DNA of 64,000 nt. Source: Ruminococcus sp. (GTDB lineage: Bacteria > Bacillota > Clostridia > Oscillospirales > Ruminococcaceae). The DNA is taken from the NCBI GenBank assembly GCA_045627145.1, contig JAZQND010000121.1, forward strand, positions 24,507-88,506, read 5' to 3'. A program made the translations under genes and the position numbers. Under the pieces are notes generated by a model. That model was not told the DNA's origin. It saw nothing but the letters and a program-made list of their open reading frames with translations, and made no database searches. This document shows positions 1-10,011 of this stretch, piece after piece; position 1 is the first letter of the stretch, and each line of letters opens with the position of its first letter.

Positions 1-1599
1 CTTGATGCCATGAACTTTGTTAAATGGGACTTGCTTGGTCTCGATAACGTAGCTCTCATCAATCAAACATGTAGCATGGCAGGCATAGAAAGGCTGACTC
101 CAGACAATGTAGACCTTAACGATGAAAAGGCTTGGGATGCTATCAAGAATGATACAACCTGTATCTTCCAATGGGAGAGTGGTCAAGCATCAAACTTCCT
201 CAGACGCTTTATGTCAAAGGAAGTTATTGAAAAAGCACGGTCACGTAACCCTAATTTTTCAATGATTAAGTGGATGTCATTTGGCAACGGTCTGCTAAGA
301 CCCGCCTGTGCGTCATACCGTGACGATGTTGCAGACGGCAACACTTTTGACAACGGCATCCCCGAATTGAATGATTTTCTCGCACAAGAAGCTGGACATG
401 TTTGTATGCAGGAAACTATTATGAAATGGCTTGTCCAATTCTGCGGATATACACAGGCTGAATCAGATACGGTTCGCCGTGCAATCGCAAAGAAGAAAGG
501 CACGGACAAGATTCTTCCAGAGATTGAACGACGTTTTGTTGAGTATGCTCCGCAACACTATGACATCACAACAGACAAGGCAAAGGAAGTCATTAAACCT
601 TTCATTCAGACAATCATGGACGCTTCTGCTTATGCCTTCTCATGGAATCACTCTGATGCATATTCGTGCATTGGTTATATGTGCGGTTATCTGAGAACAT
701 ATTACCCGCTTGAGTTTATTGCGTCTGCTCTAAATGTGTTTACTGATAACCAAGAGAAAACCGCAAACATCGTTGAATATGCACAGGAGCATAATATCAA
801 TATCCACCCGCCTCGCTTTGGATACTCCACTGATAAGTATTCAATTGATAAAGAGATGGGCGTTATCTATAAAGGCATCCACAGTATCAAGTACATGAAC
901 GCTCAGATGGCAAGAGAGCTTTATGAACTTGCCAATGAGATTAAACATGAACACTTTATGGATGTTCTTATTGCTATTGACAGTGAAACATCTATGGATG
1001 CCCGTCAGCTTGATATCCTTATTAAGCTTGACTACTTCTCAGATTATGGTAACGCAAATGAACTTGATGTAATCCGCTACTACTTTGACCTTTTTAAGAA
1101 GGGCGAAGCAAAGAAGATTTTGAATGACAAGGTTGCTAATCTCCCAGTAGCAAACTTTATTGCAAAGTATGCTACAAACAAGCTGAAGACTGGTGGAGAT
1201 GCAAAGTCGTGGACAATCACAGATATGCATGGGCTACTTATTGAATGTGAAGAATTCACAAAGAGCCTTGGCATGAAGGATTACGACTTTGCAACAAAAT
1301 GTCAGTGGCAGGAAGAAAACCTCGGGTATATAGACTTGACAACTGGCAAAGAGGAAGACAGGCGTAAGCTTCTTGTCACAGAAGTCTACCCCATGAAAAG
1401 CAAAAACGATGGTGCTGTGTGGGGATATGCAGTTTTCACTCGTAGTATCGGAAGCGGAAAATCATCTCGTCTTACAGTAAAAGAAAACTTGTATCACTAT
1501 GACCCCATTCAAAAGGGAGACATCATTAACGCAAAACATGTTTACAAGAATCAATCCGGATATTGGTATTTGGATGACTATGAACACGTGATTGCTTGA
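1..1599 (+). CDS. dnaE: DNA polymerase III alpha subunit, C-terminal part (5' end outside window)
   Basis: KWDLLGL, IFQWES, RRAIAKKK, YAFSWNHS, YYPLEF motifs; frame open from position 1. Confidence 0.9.
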   Translation, partial: LDAMNFVKWDLLGLDNVALINQTCSMAGIERLTPDNVDLNDEKAWDAIKNDTTCIFQWESGQASNFLRRFMSKEVIEKARSRNPNFSMIKWMSFGNGLLRPACASYRDDVADGNTFDNGIPELNDFLAQEAGHVCMQETIMKWLVQFCGYTQAESDTVRRAIAKKKGTDKILPEIERRFVEYAPQHYDITTDKAKEVIKPFIQTIMDASAYAFSWNHSDAYSCIGYMCGYLRTYYPLEFIASALNVFTDNQEKTANIVEYAQEHNINIHPPRFGYSTDKYSIDKEMGVIYKGIHSIKYMNAQMARELYELANEIKHEHFMDVLIAIDSETSMDARQLDILIKLDYFSDYGNANELDVIRYYFDLFKKGEAKKILNDKVANLPVANFIAKYATNKLKTGGDAKSWTITDMHGLLIECEEFTKSLGMKDYDFATKCQWQEENLGYIDLTTGKEEDRRKLLVTEVYPMKSKNDGAVWGYAVFTRSIGSGKSSRLTVKENLYHYDPIQKGDIINAKHVYKNQSGYWYLDDYEHVIA

Positions 1600-1628
1600 A
1601 AATGTATTTTCAAAAAGGAGAAATTGAC

Positions 1629-2093
1629 ATGATTAAAATTCGCCGTGGCGTTTTTGAAACCAACTCCAGTTCAATCCATTCTATCTGTATTCAACGTAAT
1701 CCTGTTGGTAATGTCCGTGGTATGTGCATTTACTTTGGTTTTGGCGAATACGGCTGGGAATATGAGTCCGTAGACCCTGCATCTTACCTCAGAACTGCTA
1801 TGTACGAACTTGACATGGAAGATGAGTTCTGCGAACTGATTGAAAAGCTGACAGACAAATATGGCATTGAGTGTTCTCTTGGTCGTGAATTAGACGGTTA
1901 TTTTCCTCACGGATACATTGACCACGGTGGGGAACTTGCAAGTTTTATCTCTTGCCTCTTGTCTGATGATGACCTTCTCCTCAGATATCTGCTCGGGAGA
2001 GACAGTTGTGTCTACACTGGAAACGACAATAGTGATGAAGAAGTGTATTCTGAATCCGATGAAACGCATGAAGTGTTTTGGAAGGGGAATTAA
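1629..2093 (+). CDS. Conserved phage hypothetical protein with FETNSSSxHS motif
   Basis: AAGGAG RBS before ATG 1629; IRRGVFETNSSSIHS N-terminus, GYIDH motif. Confidence 0.75.
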   Translation: MIKIRRGVFETNSSSIHSICIQRNPVGNVRGMCIYFGFGEYGWEYESVDPASYLRTAMYELDMEDEFCELIEKLTDKYGIECSLGRELDGYFPHGYIDHGGELASFISCLLSDDDLLLRYLLGRDSCVYTGNDNSDEEVYSESDETHEVFWKGN

Positions 2094-2095
2094 TA

Positions 2096-2986
2096 ATGAA
2101 GGTTATTGGTTCATACGAAAACGGTAACTATCAAGTTGTACTTCTTGAAGATGGCACAAAAATAAGACATAACAACAAAGACAACCTCACTCCAGCATTT
2201 CCGGAATCAATCGATATGAAGATTTGCAACCGTTGTAACATGGGCTGTCCGATGTGTCATGAACAGTCCGTCCCGAACGGCGAACTTGCAGACTTAAATA
2301 ACCCGCTTCTTGACAGCCTGCACCCGTATACTGAGTTGGCTATCGGCGGCGGTAACCCGCTTGAACACCCCGAGCTTGAGAGTTTTCTTATGCGGATGAA
2401 GGAAAAGAAAGTCATCTGTAACATCACTGTACATTATGCACACTTTGTTGAAAACGCAGAGAAGCTTGCCGTGTGGAGCAAGCAGGGATTGCTCAATGGC
2501 ATTGGAGTGTCTGTCAATAGGCCGCTCTCCCCAGCTGAGGTTGACATACTGAAGCAGTTCCCCAACCTCGTTGTGCATACCATCGCAGGCGTGACAACAG
2601 ATGCAACATACAGTCATCTGTATGATAAAGGTTTGAAGTTGCTAATCCTTGGCTACAAAGACTTTGGTAGAGGCGTTGTTTACGGCAAATCTCACCCGTA
2701 CCTTACCTTTGCTATTGATGAACTTGCCGACAGTTTGCCTTCCCTTGCAAAGCATTTTGATATAGTCAGCTTTGATAATCTTGCTGTCGAACAACTGAGG
2801 GTTAAGAACATTGTGTCTGAAGAAGAATGGGGTCGTTCTTATATGGGTGATGACGGGAGATTCACGATGTATGTTGACCTCGTTAAAAATCAATATGCTT
2901 TGAGTTCTGTTTCTACTCGACATGACATTTCATCGAATAACATTGATGACTTGTTTGATAATGTTGTTAATGAATCGCAGGGATAA
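2096..2986 (+). CDS. Radical SAM protein
   Basis: CNMGCPMC (CxxxCxxC) and GGGNP motifs. Confidence 0.9.
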   Translation: MKVIGSYENGNYQVVLLEDGTKIRHNNKDNLTPAFPESIDMKICNRCNMGCPMCHEQSVPNGELADLNNPLLDSLHPYTELAIGGGNPLEHPELESFLMRMKEKKVICNITVHYAHFVENAEKLAVWSKQGLLNGIGVSVNRPLSPAEVDILKQFPNLVVHTIAGVTTDATYSHLYDKGLKLLILGYKDFGRGVVYGKSHPYLTFAIDELADSLPSLAKHFDIVSFDNLAVEQLRVKNIVSEEEWGRSYMGDDGRFTMYVDLVKNQYALSSVSTRHDISSNNIDDLFDNVVNESQG

Positions 2987-2988
2987 CA

Positions 2989-3114
2989 ATGATAAAGATG
3001 ATTTTTACAGACTTTATGCAGGCCGTACAGTACGCAGATGAAAATTGTGTTGAGTTTACAATCACACACACTGGGGATGTATGGGTCTTAAGTGGTAAAA
3101 AGAAAGGGAATTGA
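2989..3114 (+). CDS. Small hypothetical protein (41 aa)
   Basis: ATG-TGA frame filling the gap between flanking genes; not in the ORF track. Confidence 0.4.
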   Translation: MIKMIFTDFMQAVQYADENCVEFTITHTGDVWVLSGKKKGN

Positions 3115-3116
3115 GT

Positions 3117-3416
3117 ATGGAAAATAGATGCGTAAGCTGTGGCTCAATCATTCCGGAGGGAAGCATGGTATGCCGTATTTGCGAACATAATACCATCTGT
3201 AAGATAAAGAACAAGCAGTATGATGGCGTTTGCGATGAAGAACTCATTAGGATGTTGAGGAAGTGCGGAAGCAAGAAAAGCTGTCTTGAATGTGAATATG
3301 CTATGGTAGCAGATACAGAAGTATGTGATTCTGTTCTCATGCAGGCGGCTAAAAGGCTTGAAACATATAGCAAAATTATCAACAATTCCTGTTTTGAGGT
3401 GGTAAATCGTGGATAA
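3117..3416 (+). CDS. Cys-rich hypothetical protein
   Basis: CVSCG...CRIC zinc-ribbon-like motif; operon-packed. Confidence 0.6.
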   Translation: MENRCVSCGSIIPEGSMVCRICEHNTICKIKNKQYDGVCDEELIRMLRKCGSKKSCLECEYAMVADTEVCDSVLMQAAKRLETYSKIINNSCFEVVNRG

Positions 3417-3618
3417 AGAAAGCTACTTTATGAAACACGCTTTTGACCCCGATGATATGACGTATTGCGGGAATAAGGAGTGTGCAAATAAAAAGTGTAT
3501 GCGGCACTATTCAAAAATCAACTGGCAATCTCCGAAGCACTCAATTTTGGGTGCTTCTATTGCTATGTTTGGAGAGCATTGTAGTGATTATTGCGTCAAA
3601 CAGCAATCCCAAATATGA
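3409..3618 (+). CDS. Small Cys-rich hypothetical protein
   Basis: GAGGTG RBS, DMTYC...C...C motif. Confidence 0.6.
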   Translation: MDKESYFMKHAFDPDDMTYCGNKECANKKCMRHYSKINWQSPKHSILGASIAMFGEHCSDYCVKQQSQI

Positions 3619-3697
3619 CTGTTGTGCCAACAGAAAATTTTTCATTTTTGTACGCTTTATGTACATAAAAACGTTTGATATTTTTCTAATGTTCCCG

Positions 3698-3726
3698 TTG
3701 CACTATGAAAAATTGTGTGATAACAT
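3698..3726 (+). promoter_or_regulatory. Putative sigma-A promoter of the nucleotide-metabolism operon
   Basis: TTGCAC-N17-TAACAT with extended -10 TG. Confidence 0.5.
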
Positions 3727-3735
3727 TTCGGTGCA

Positions 3736-3781
3736 ACACAACATATAGTGTTTATCAAATTTTGAAAACAACATTTAGTGG
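3736..3781. promoter_or_regulatory. Tandem NrdR boxes
   Basis: ACACAACATATAGTGT (3736-3751) and AAACAACATTTAGTGG (3766-3781) resemble the NrdR consensus acaCwAtATaTwGtg; upstream of thyX/nrdD/nrdG. Confidence 0.7.
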
Positions 3782-3802
3782 TCTTTAAGGGGGATTACAC
3801 AA

Positions 3803-4123
3803 ATGGAGAAAAAAGTTCCTTTGTCTCTTGAGTCTTTCAAGAAGTATATCGCAATTATTCGCAGAGACGAAGAAGTATGCGATAACATTTACGATGCCTC
3901 AAGACATACAGTTGATTTGTATGAAACGTTTGAATCTCCGTGCGCTGTTGTCAATCTGCTCGGTCTGATGATGCATGACACGAATGATTGGATTGGCTAT
4001 TGGATTTATGAAATGGAATACGGAGAAAAATATTGTAAGGGTTGTGTCACGCATGAGAACGGCGTTGAGATTCCCCTTCATACAGTTGAGGACTTGTACA
4101 ATTTTCTTGTATCCGAATATTGA
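3803..4123 (+). CDS. Hypothetical phage protein
   Basis: RBS AAGGGGG; DWIGYWIYE...TVEDLYNFL motif. Confidence 0.7.
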   Translation: MEKKVPLSLESFKKYIAIIRRDEEVCDNIYDASRHTVDLYETFESPCAVVNLLGLMMHDTNDWIGYWIYEMEYGEKYCKGCVTHENGVEIPLHTVEDLYNFLVSEY

Positions 4124-4146
4124 AAATACATTTTCAAGGAGGATGT

Positions 4147-4641
4147 ATGAAGGTTATTTTCTTGGACGTTGACGGCGTATTGAATTATATGATGTGTGAG
4201 GCAAAATCGCCATGCGGTGCTTATGGCGTTGAAGACCGTTGCGTAGAGGTACTTGCAAAGATTGTAAAAAAGTCTGATGCAATCATTGTTCTTATTTCTT
4301 CGTGGAAGCATTTTTGGTATAACGATAAATTTGAAAATAATGAACTTGATGAAGATTTCAAATACCTTGTATATGCACTTGCAAAACATGACATTTACAT
4401 GTCAGATAGGACATATGACGGGAACTTTGAAAGAGGCTTTGGCATTTCCGAATGGTTGAAACAACACACGAACACGACAGATTGGGTTGTTATCGATGAC
4501 GATATGTTCCCAGACTATGAAGAATATGGCATCGTTCCGCATCTTGTCATGCCGAGCTTTTATACTGGCGGTCTCAAAGAAGAACACATCAGTAAGTGTC
4601 TGCAAATACTGAATATCAAGGAGGAAGAACATGGAAGTTAA
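4147..4641 (+). CDS. HAD-superfamily phosphatase (RNA-repair-associated type)
   Basis: IFLDVDGVLN, ISSWK, VVIDDD motifs. Confidence 0.8.
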   Translation: MKVIFLDVDGVLNYMMCEAKSPCGAYGVEDRCVEVLAKIVKKSDAIIVLISSWKHFWYNDKFENNELDEDFKYLVYALAKHDIYMSDRTYDGNFERGFGISEWLKQHTNTTDWVVIDDDMFPDYEEYGIVPHLVMPSFYTGGLKEEHISKCLQILNIKEEEHGS

Positions 4642-5299
4642 ACTTATTGCCCACACACAGAATCCTATTGCTGTTATTGAGGAGGCGGCATCTACTTGTT
4701 ACGACTCAGAACCAACAGCAAATGGTTTGATTATGAAAGATTGTATCAAGCACGGTCACGAAAGTGTTACTGAGCATACCATTTTCACTTTCAAGTTTTT
4801 CGGAGTTAGCAGGGCATTGATGGCCCAGCTCACACGCCACAGAATCGGTACGGCATTTTCAATCCGTTCTCAGCGGTATTGTAATGAACAGCAGTTTGAC
4901 TATATAACGCCTCCGGATATTGCAAAGAATGAAAAGACAAAACAACTGTATGATTTGACCATGCAAAATATCGCAGGGGCGTATGAAATGCTTGTTGCGG
5001 CAGGCATCAAAAAGGAAGATGCGAGATTCTTGCTTCCTAATGCCTGTGAAACAGTAATCACATTCTCATGCAATTTCAGAGAGCTGAGACATATTTGTGC
5101 AGAGCGGCTTTGTTCAAGAGCGCAGTGGGAAATTCGGCAGATGACACAACGTATGGTAGATGAAGTTGTGGCTGTTTTCCCAGAGGCAAAACCGTACCTT
5201 GTTCCTAAGTGCGAAACTAACCCGCAGTTCCCGTTCTGTACGGAAAGAAATTGTTGTGGAAGACATAAGACATTGAAGGAGGTATATAAAAATGATTGA
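4631..5299 (+). CDS. thyX: FAD-dependent thymidylate synthase
   Basis: GHESVTEH, RHRxxxxxSxRSQRY, EDARFLLP, AQWEIR. Confidence 0.95.
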   Translation: MEVKLIAHTQNPIAVIEEAASTCYDSEPTANGLIMKDCIKHGHESVTEHTIFTFKFFGVSRALMAQLTRHRIGTAFSIRSQRYCNEQQFDYITPPDIAKNEKTKQLYDLTMQNIAGAYEMLVAAGIKKEDARFLLPNACETVITFSCNFRELRHICAERLCSRAQWEIRQMTQRMVDEVVAVFPEAKPYLVPKCETNPQFPFCTERNCCGRHKTLKEVYKND

Positions 5300-5573
5300 A
5301 GCAATCGTTCCGAATGTTAATACAAACGAAATAAATCCTAAACCTGTAAGCGATGCAGTGTCTCATCCTGCCCACTACACATATGGCAACATTGAGACAA
5401 TTGATTATATCGACTCTTGCGGTTATGGCCTTGATATGTGCCTTGGTAATGCCATGAAGTATATTTCTCGTTGTAAGCACAAAAACAATTTGGTACAGGA
5501 TATTCGTAAAGCTATTTGGTATCTGAGCCATGCCGCTGAAAAGCTTGAGGCTGGAGAATATAGGGTGGGGTAA
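5292..5573 (+). CDS. DUF3310-like phage protein
   Basis: VSHPAHY, GNAMKYISR, DIRKAIWYL. Confidence 0.8.
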   Translation: MIEAIVPNVNTNEINPKPVSDAVSHPAHYTYGNIETIDYIDSCGYGLDMCLGNAMKYISRCKHKNNLVQDIRKAIWYLSHAAEKLEAGEYRVG

Positions 5574-5795
5574 ATGAGTAGAGAGAAAAGCTTATGTGAG
5601 AGAGTAATCGAAGAAGCGAAAATACCGTATGGCGATGAAGATGGAAAGACGCACATAAATGCATTTCGCATTTTCGCAAAGTACGGATATTGGATGCAGG
5701 ATGGTGTTTTTCAGTGGAATCTTGTCGCAGTCTTGACAGCCCCACAGAAAGACCTCCTGTATATGCTAAATTGGGATAAGGAGGTGATAGAATGA
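5574..5795 (+). CDS. Hypothetical protein
   Basis: Operon-packed ORF. Confidence 0.5.
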   Translation: MSREKSLCERVIEEAKIPYGDEDGKTHINAFRIFAKYGYWMQDGVFQWNLVAVLTAPQKDLLYMLNWDKEVIE

Positions 5796-5998
5796 TTAAG
5801 CTGTATACGCTTGAAGGGTGTCCTAAATGTGCCATCATCCGTAAGAAATTGATGGACAAGGATATTGACTTTACTGAGTGTAGAGAAAAATCTGAGATGC
5901 GGGAACTGGGCATTAAGAAATGTCCAGTTCTTTCTGTTGATGGGACACTTTATCAGTTTTCTGAAGCAAACGATTGGGTGAATGAACGGGGGAATTGA
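5792..5998 (+). CDS. Glutaredoxin/NrdH-like redoxin
   Basis: CPKC motif, PVLSVDG; directly upstream of nrdD. Confidence 0.8.
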   Translation: MIKLYTLEGCPKCAIIRKKLMDKDIDFTECREKSEMRELGIKKCPVLSVDGTLYQFSEANDWVNERGN

Positions 5999-6000
5999 CA

Positions 6001-7701
6001 ATGGGTATCTTGAAAAATCTTTGCCAACACGTTGTAAGGTGTTGGAGAAAGTTAAAGCAAAAATTTGAGAAACAACTTAGAATTGAGCTTAAACTTTACC
6101 AACCTTTCACGGCATGTTGTCGTAGGTTGAAGAAAAAGTACGGGGAGCAATTTGAAAGAATCAATGGCTTTCACAATGAAAACCTTAATTTCTCCGATTT
6201 CATTGACAAATTTACAGAGACAGAGACAGTTGCAGACGCAACAATTGACTCAAACGCAAACAGTAGTACGCACGATATCAGAACGCTGGTGTCAGACATG
6301 GTTAAACCGCATACAAAACTTCTTGCGTTTAACAAAATCTTCTATGAAATATCAAAAGCATATGGGCTTAAGACGGCTCAGAAATGGCTTGATTGGGAAT
6401 GGAACGGTGCTTATTACCTTCACGATGCTCCGTCTTCCTCATTTGTGCCTTATTGCTATGCTTACGATGTTGAAAGTATTGTGAAGCGTGGCTTGTTCTT
6501 TATTAACAAGTTTAAGACTTCACCCCCGAGACATCTTACTACATACAATGACCACATCCTTGAATTTGTGTCTTGGGCTTCCAATCGTACTTCCGGTGCT
6601 GTTGGACTTCCGTCTTACCTCGTTTATTCGTATTACTTTTGGTATCACGATGTTAAGGACGGGTTCTATCTGAAAGACCCCGAATACTATCGAAGACAGT
6701 GCTTCCAAAAGTTCATTTACGACTTGAATCAACCGTATCTGAGAGTAACCGAGTGTGCCTTCACAAACATTTCTGTCATGGATAAGGATTACCTTGTTGA
6801 GCTGTTTGGCGGCAGAACGTTCCCCGATGGTGAATATGTGATTGACCATATTGACGGCATCATTGAGCATGAAAAGGTGTTCATGGAGGTCGTTTCCGAG
6901 ATTCGTCCTAAGACATTCATGACTTACCCCGTCCTTACGTATGCCCTTTTGACGGATGAGGATGGGGAGTTTGTCAACGAAGAATTTGCACGTTGGTGCA
7001 ATAAGCACAATTTGGATTGGTGTGATAGCAATTTCTACCTTGGTAAAGATGTTACCTCGCTGTCCAACTGTTGCAGGCTTATTTCTGATACATCAAAGCT
7101 CAGTGCCTTCATCAACTCCATCGGCGGCACTTCCCTGTCAATCGGTTCTATCAAGGTGAACACTATCAACCTTCGTAGAATTGCATTGGAGGCTGACGGT
7201 GATGAAGAAAAATTCCTCGAAATCCTGCACGAACGTGTTGACCTTTGCATGAAGGTGCTTGCAACCATCAGACGAATCATTACCCGTAACGTTGAGAAGG
7301 GGTTGCTACCCAACTATACGAATGGCCTAATTGAGATGGATAAGCAGTATTGCACGATTGGCATTACGGCGATGTACGAAGTCATGAACGATTTTGGCTA
7401 TATTGATACGGATGCGCTTGGTTATAAGAGCTATTCTGAAAAAGCTATGAACTTTGCGAAGCGTATCATGAACGCCATCAACGAACAGAAAGATTCTGCC
7501 GATTACGATTTCTCGTTCAACGTTGAGTGTATCCCCGCTGAACGTGCGAATGTGGTGCTTTGCGAGAAGGATAATATCCTTTACCCGAATCACAGCAACT
7601 ACTACATTTATAGTAATCAGTGGATTCCGCTGGTAGAAAGATGCACCATCGATGAGAAAATCAAGCTTGGTGCGGCTCTTGATAAAGAGTGTGGCGGTGG
7701 T
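6001..7701 (+). CDS. nrdD: Anaerobic (class III) ribonucleotide reductase, exon 1
   Basis: YLHD, PYC, SNCCRL, IPAE motifs; ends at ...CGGG at the 5' splice site. Confidence 0.9.
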
Positions 7702-8706
7702 CGATATTATTTGGCTACCCGATATGTTGAAAATGTATTTTCAACTGTTGCATAAACCCCGTGAACGCAAGCAAAAGCGGTGTCATTTATTTGGCTAACG
7801 GTGAAGCCCAAAAGGTAATACCGTGCCTGTAAAAAGGTGTAACGACTAATGGTGATGAGTGTAGCCATGTAGCTCAGAGATTAGCACTGAGCCAAGTGCG
7901 GGGCTTGCAGGGAGTGGTTTCCTCTATGCAAGAAGATATAGTCTATTGAAATGAGGTAATAATATGATTTGTGATGTATGTAAAAAAGATGTCCCTAAAA
8001 CAAACTATAACGGTATAACGTTACAGAACGGAGAAACCGTTCACGTGTGCGGGAAGCATTTCGCACAGTATAGGAAATATGGTAAGTTCCTTGACAGTTC
8101 TCAAAAATCTGTCAAAGACGTGAACGATTTCAAGGTTGAAGGCGATACGGCAACAATCTATACGAGAAGAAGCAACGGAGAAATCTCCGGATTTTTTGTT
8201 ATTGACAGAAACGACCTTGATGATGTCATTACTCGTAAGTGGAGGATGTGGCGTGGCAGATACTATACTGGCGTTCAGCATCCGATTGCTATAAGCGATT
8301 TTCTTCTCAAAGATAGACCCAATAATTATGTTGTTGACCACATCAATCAGAACCCTTCAGATAACAGGAGATGCAATCTTCGTATTGTTCGTCAAGCTAA
8401 TAACACAATGAACAAACGTATTCTTGACGCAAACAGTAGCGGAGTTGCAGGAGTATGGTTTGACAAAGCAAGGGATAAGTGGTCTGCCGAAATCAAATTC
8501 AACTATATAAAGGTTCATCTCGGGCGGTACAAGAAATACGAAGACGCTTGCTATGCGAGGTATATCGCAGAGCTTATTCTATTTGGGTGTTTCCGCTCAG
8601 AAACAAACGATGCTGTGCTTATTCCTATTGCCAATCAGTGCGACATCAAGGATGAAATTGATACATACGTTTCACAAAAAGTATTAGATAAAATACCGTG
8701 TTTCAG
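7702..8706 (+). ncRNA. Group I self-splicing intron in nrdD (1005 nt)
   Basis: P1: exon GGUGGU pairs with IGS GCUACC with terminal U-G; P10: UUAUUUG pairs with exon-2 CAAAUAA; P7 GACUA/UAGUC; terminal G at 8706; splicing restores CGGG|QISHIN in frame. Confidence 0.92.
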
Positions 8707-8713
8707 CAAATAA
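7964..8713 (+). CDS. Intron-encoded HNH homing endonuclease with AP2-like C-terminal domain
   Basis: VDHINQNPSDNRRCNLR HNH motif; SGVAGV..KWSAEI..HLGRY; stop codon lies in exon 2. Confidence 0.9.
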   Translation: MICDVCKKDVPKTNYNGITLQNGETVHVCGKHFAQYRKYGKFLDSSQKSVKDVNDFKVEGDTATIYTRRSNGEISGFFVIDRNDLDDVITRKWRMWRGRYYTGVQHPIAISDFLLKDRPNNYVVDHINQNPSDNRRCNLRIVRQANNTMNKRILDANSSGVAGVWFDKARDKWSAEIKFNYIKVHLGRYKKYEDACYARYIAELILFGCFRSETNDAVLIPIANQCDIKDEIDTYVSQKVLDKIPCFSK

Positions 8714-8997
8714 GTCACATCAATGTCGAAGGCAAGTTTGCCAATGAAGAACAGGCTTGGGAACTGTTGAAACGAATCGCCGCAAGCGGTTTGATTTACT
8801 TTGCCTACAACACAAAGATTTCTGTTTGTAAAAACGAACATGGTTTCTTCGGTGATACATGTCCGGAGTGCGGTGAACCCGTTGCAGACACGTATTCCCG
8901 TGTAGTTGGCTTCCTAACGGCTCGTTCGTCTTACAGCAAACAACGCAAAAGAGAGTTTGACGAACGAAAGTGGTATGCAATTGGGAGTGACATTTGA
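8707..8997 (+). CDS. nrdD: Class III ribonucleotide reductase, exon 2
   Basis: CKNEH...CPEC zinc site and YSRVVGF glycyl-radical loop. Confidence 0.9.
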   Translation, partial: QISHINVEGKFANEEQAWELLKRIAASGLIYFAYNTKISVCKNEHGFFGDTCPECGEPVADTYSRVVGFLTARSSYSKQRKREFDERKWYAIGSDI

Positions 8998-9455
8998 TGA
9001 TTATCAAAGACATTATTGACGAAGACTATCAAGATTATAAGTTAACGTCAATGCTTGTTGCAACGTCAAAGTGTAGTTGGAAGTGTGGGGTCGGTTGTCA
9101 AAACCGACCCCTCGCTTTACAGCCAAATGTGAACATGAATGACGAAGACATTGTTGATAGATACTTGAGTAACTATTTGACACACGCCATCGTTATTGCG
9201 GGCCTCGAACCGTTTGACCAGTTTGATGAGCTTTTCAGTCTTGTATCTGCCTTCAGAGATAGAACGGATGATGATATCGTCATTTATACAGGCTATACGC
9301 AGGATGAAATCGTTGGCCCTGTATCTAAACTGATGTGCCACAAAAATATTGTCATCAAGTATGGTCGATATGTTAGCGGTGAAAATCCGCATTATGATGA
9401 AGTGCTTGGTGTCAATCTCGCTTCTGACAATCAGTTTGCAAAGCGAATATCGTAA
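8994..9455 (+). CDS. nrdG: Anaerobic RNR activating protein
   Basis: CSWKCGVGCQN, GLEPF, IYTGY, SDNQ; follows nrdD. Confidence 0.85.
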   Translation: MMIIKDIIDEDYQDYKLTSMLVATSKCSWKCGVGCQNRPLALQPNVNMNDEDIVDRYLSNYLTHAIVIAGLEPFDQFDELFSLVSAFRDRTDDDIVIYTGYTQDEIVGPVSKLMCHKNIVIKYGRYVSGENPHYDEVLGVNLASDNQFAKRIS

Positions 9456-9471
9456 TTTAAGGAGTGATATT

Positions 9472-10005
9472 GTGTCACGATACTGCGGGAAGTGTGATTT
9501 CTGTGACCACATCATCGGAATGAATGATGAACATCTAAAGAAAATCAATGTGTATGTAAACGGTAAGAAGGTAAAAGCGGACACTGAGAAATACCGTGCG
9601 CTCTACTATCCGTTTATTATCGGGCTTGGTGTTCATGATGCTAACGGGGACTCTGTGTGGTTATCACAAACAAGCAACATAACACAAGAAGAAAGTGAAA
9701 GGCTTGACTATTTCCTCAAGACGATAAAGAGGGCATATAACAGATGTAAGAGGCAAAAGATACCTTTTACATATGAAAGGGCAATTGAAACAATATATAC
9801 GCCCGACTGTGTTTCCGATTATTACCTCAAAGAACCACTCAATGAGCTGTTTGAACGTGTGTGTAAATCACCGCATAAAGCGGATGCAAGCGGGATTCGC
9901 ATTGAAGGTGGTATTATTGCGTACTATCGAAGTGAATGGGAAAAAGAGCTTATCAGAGTAGGCTGGGAAGAAAACGAAGCAAGAAAATGGGTATATGAAC
10001 ACTAA
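9472..10005 (+). CDS. Hypothetical protein
   Basis: AAGGAG RBS before GTG 9472. Confidence 0.65.
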   Translation: MSRYCGKCDFCDHIIGMNDEHLKKINVYVNGKKVKADTEKYRALYYPFIIGLGVHDANGDSVWLSQTSNITQEESERLDYFLKTIKRAYNRCKRQKIPFTYERAIETIYTPDCVSDYYLKEPLNELFERVCKSPHKADASGIRIEGGIIAYYRSEWEKELIRVGWEENEARKWVYEH

Positions 10006-10011
10006 TGGAGG

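Noticed and set aside
5995-8997. nrdD as a pseudogene or two separate genes
   Set aside because: Intact group I intron pairings restore a single reading frame.
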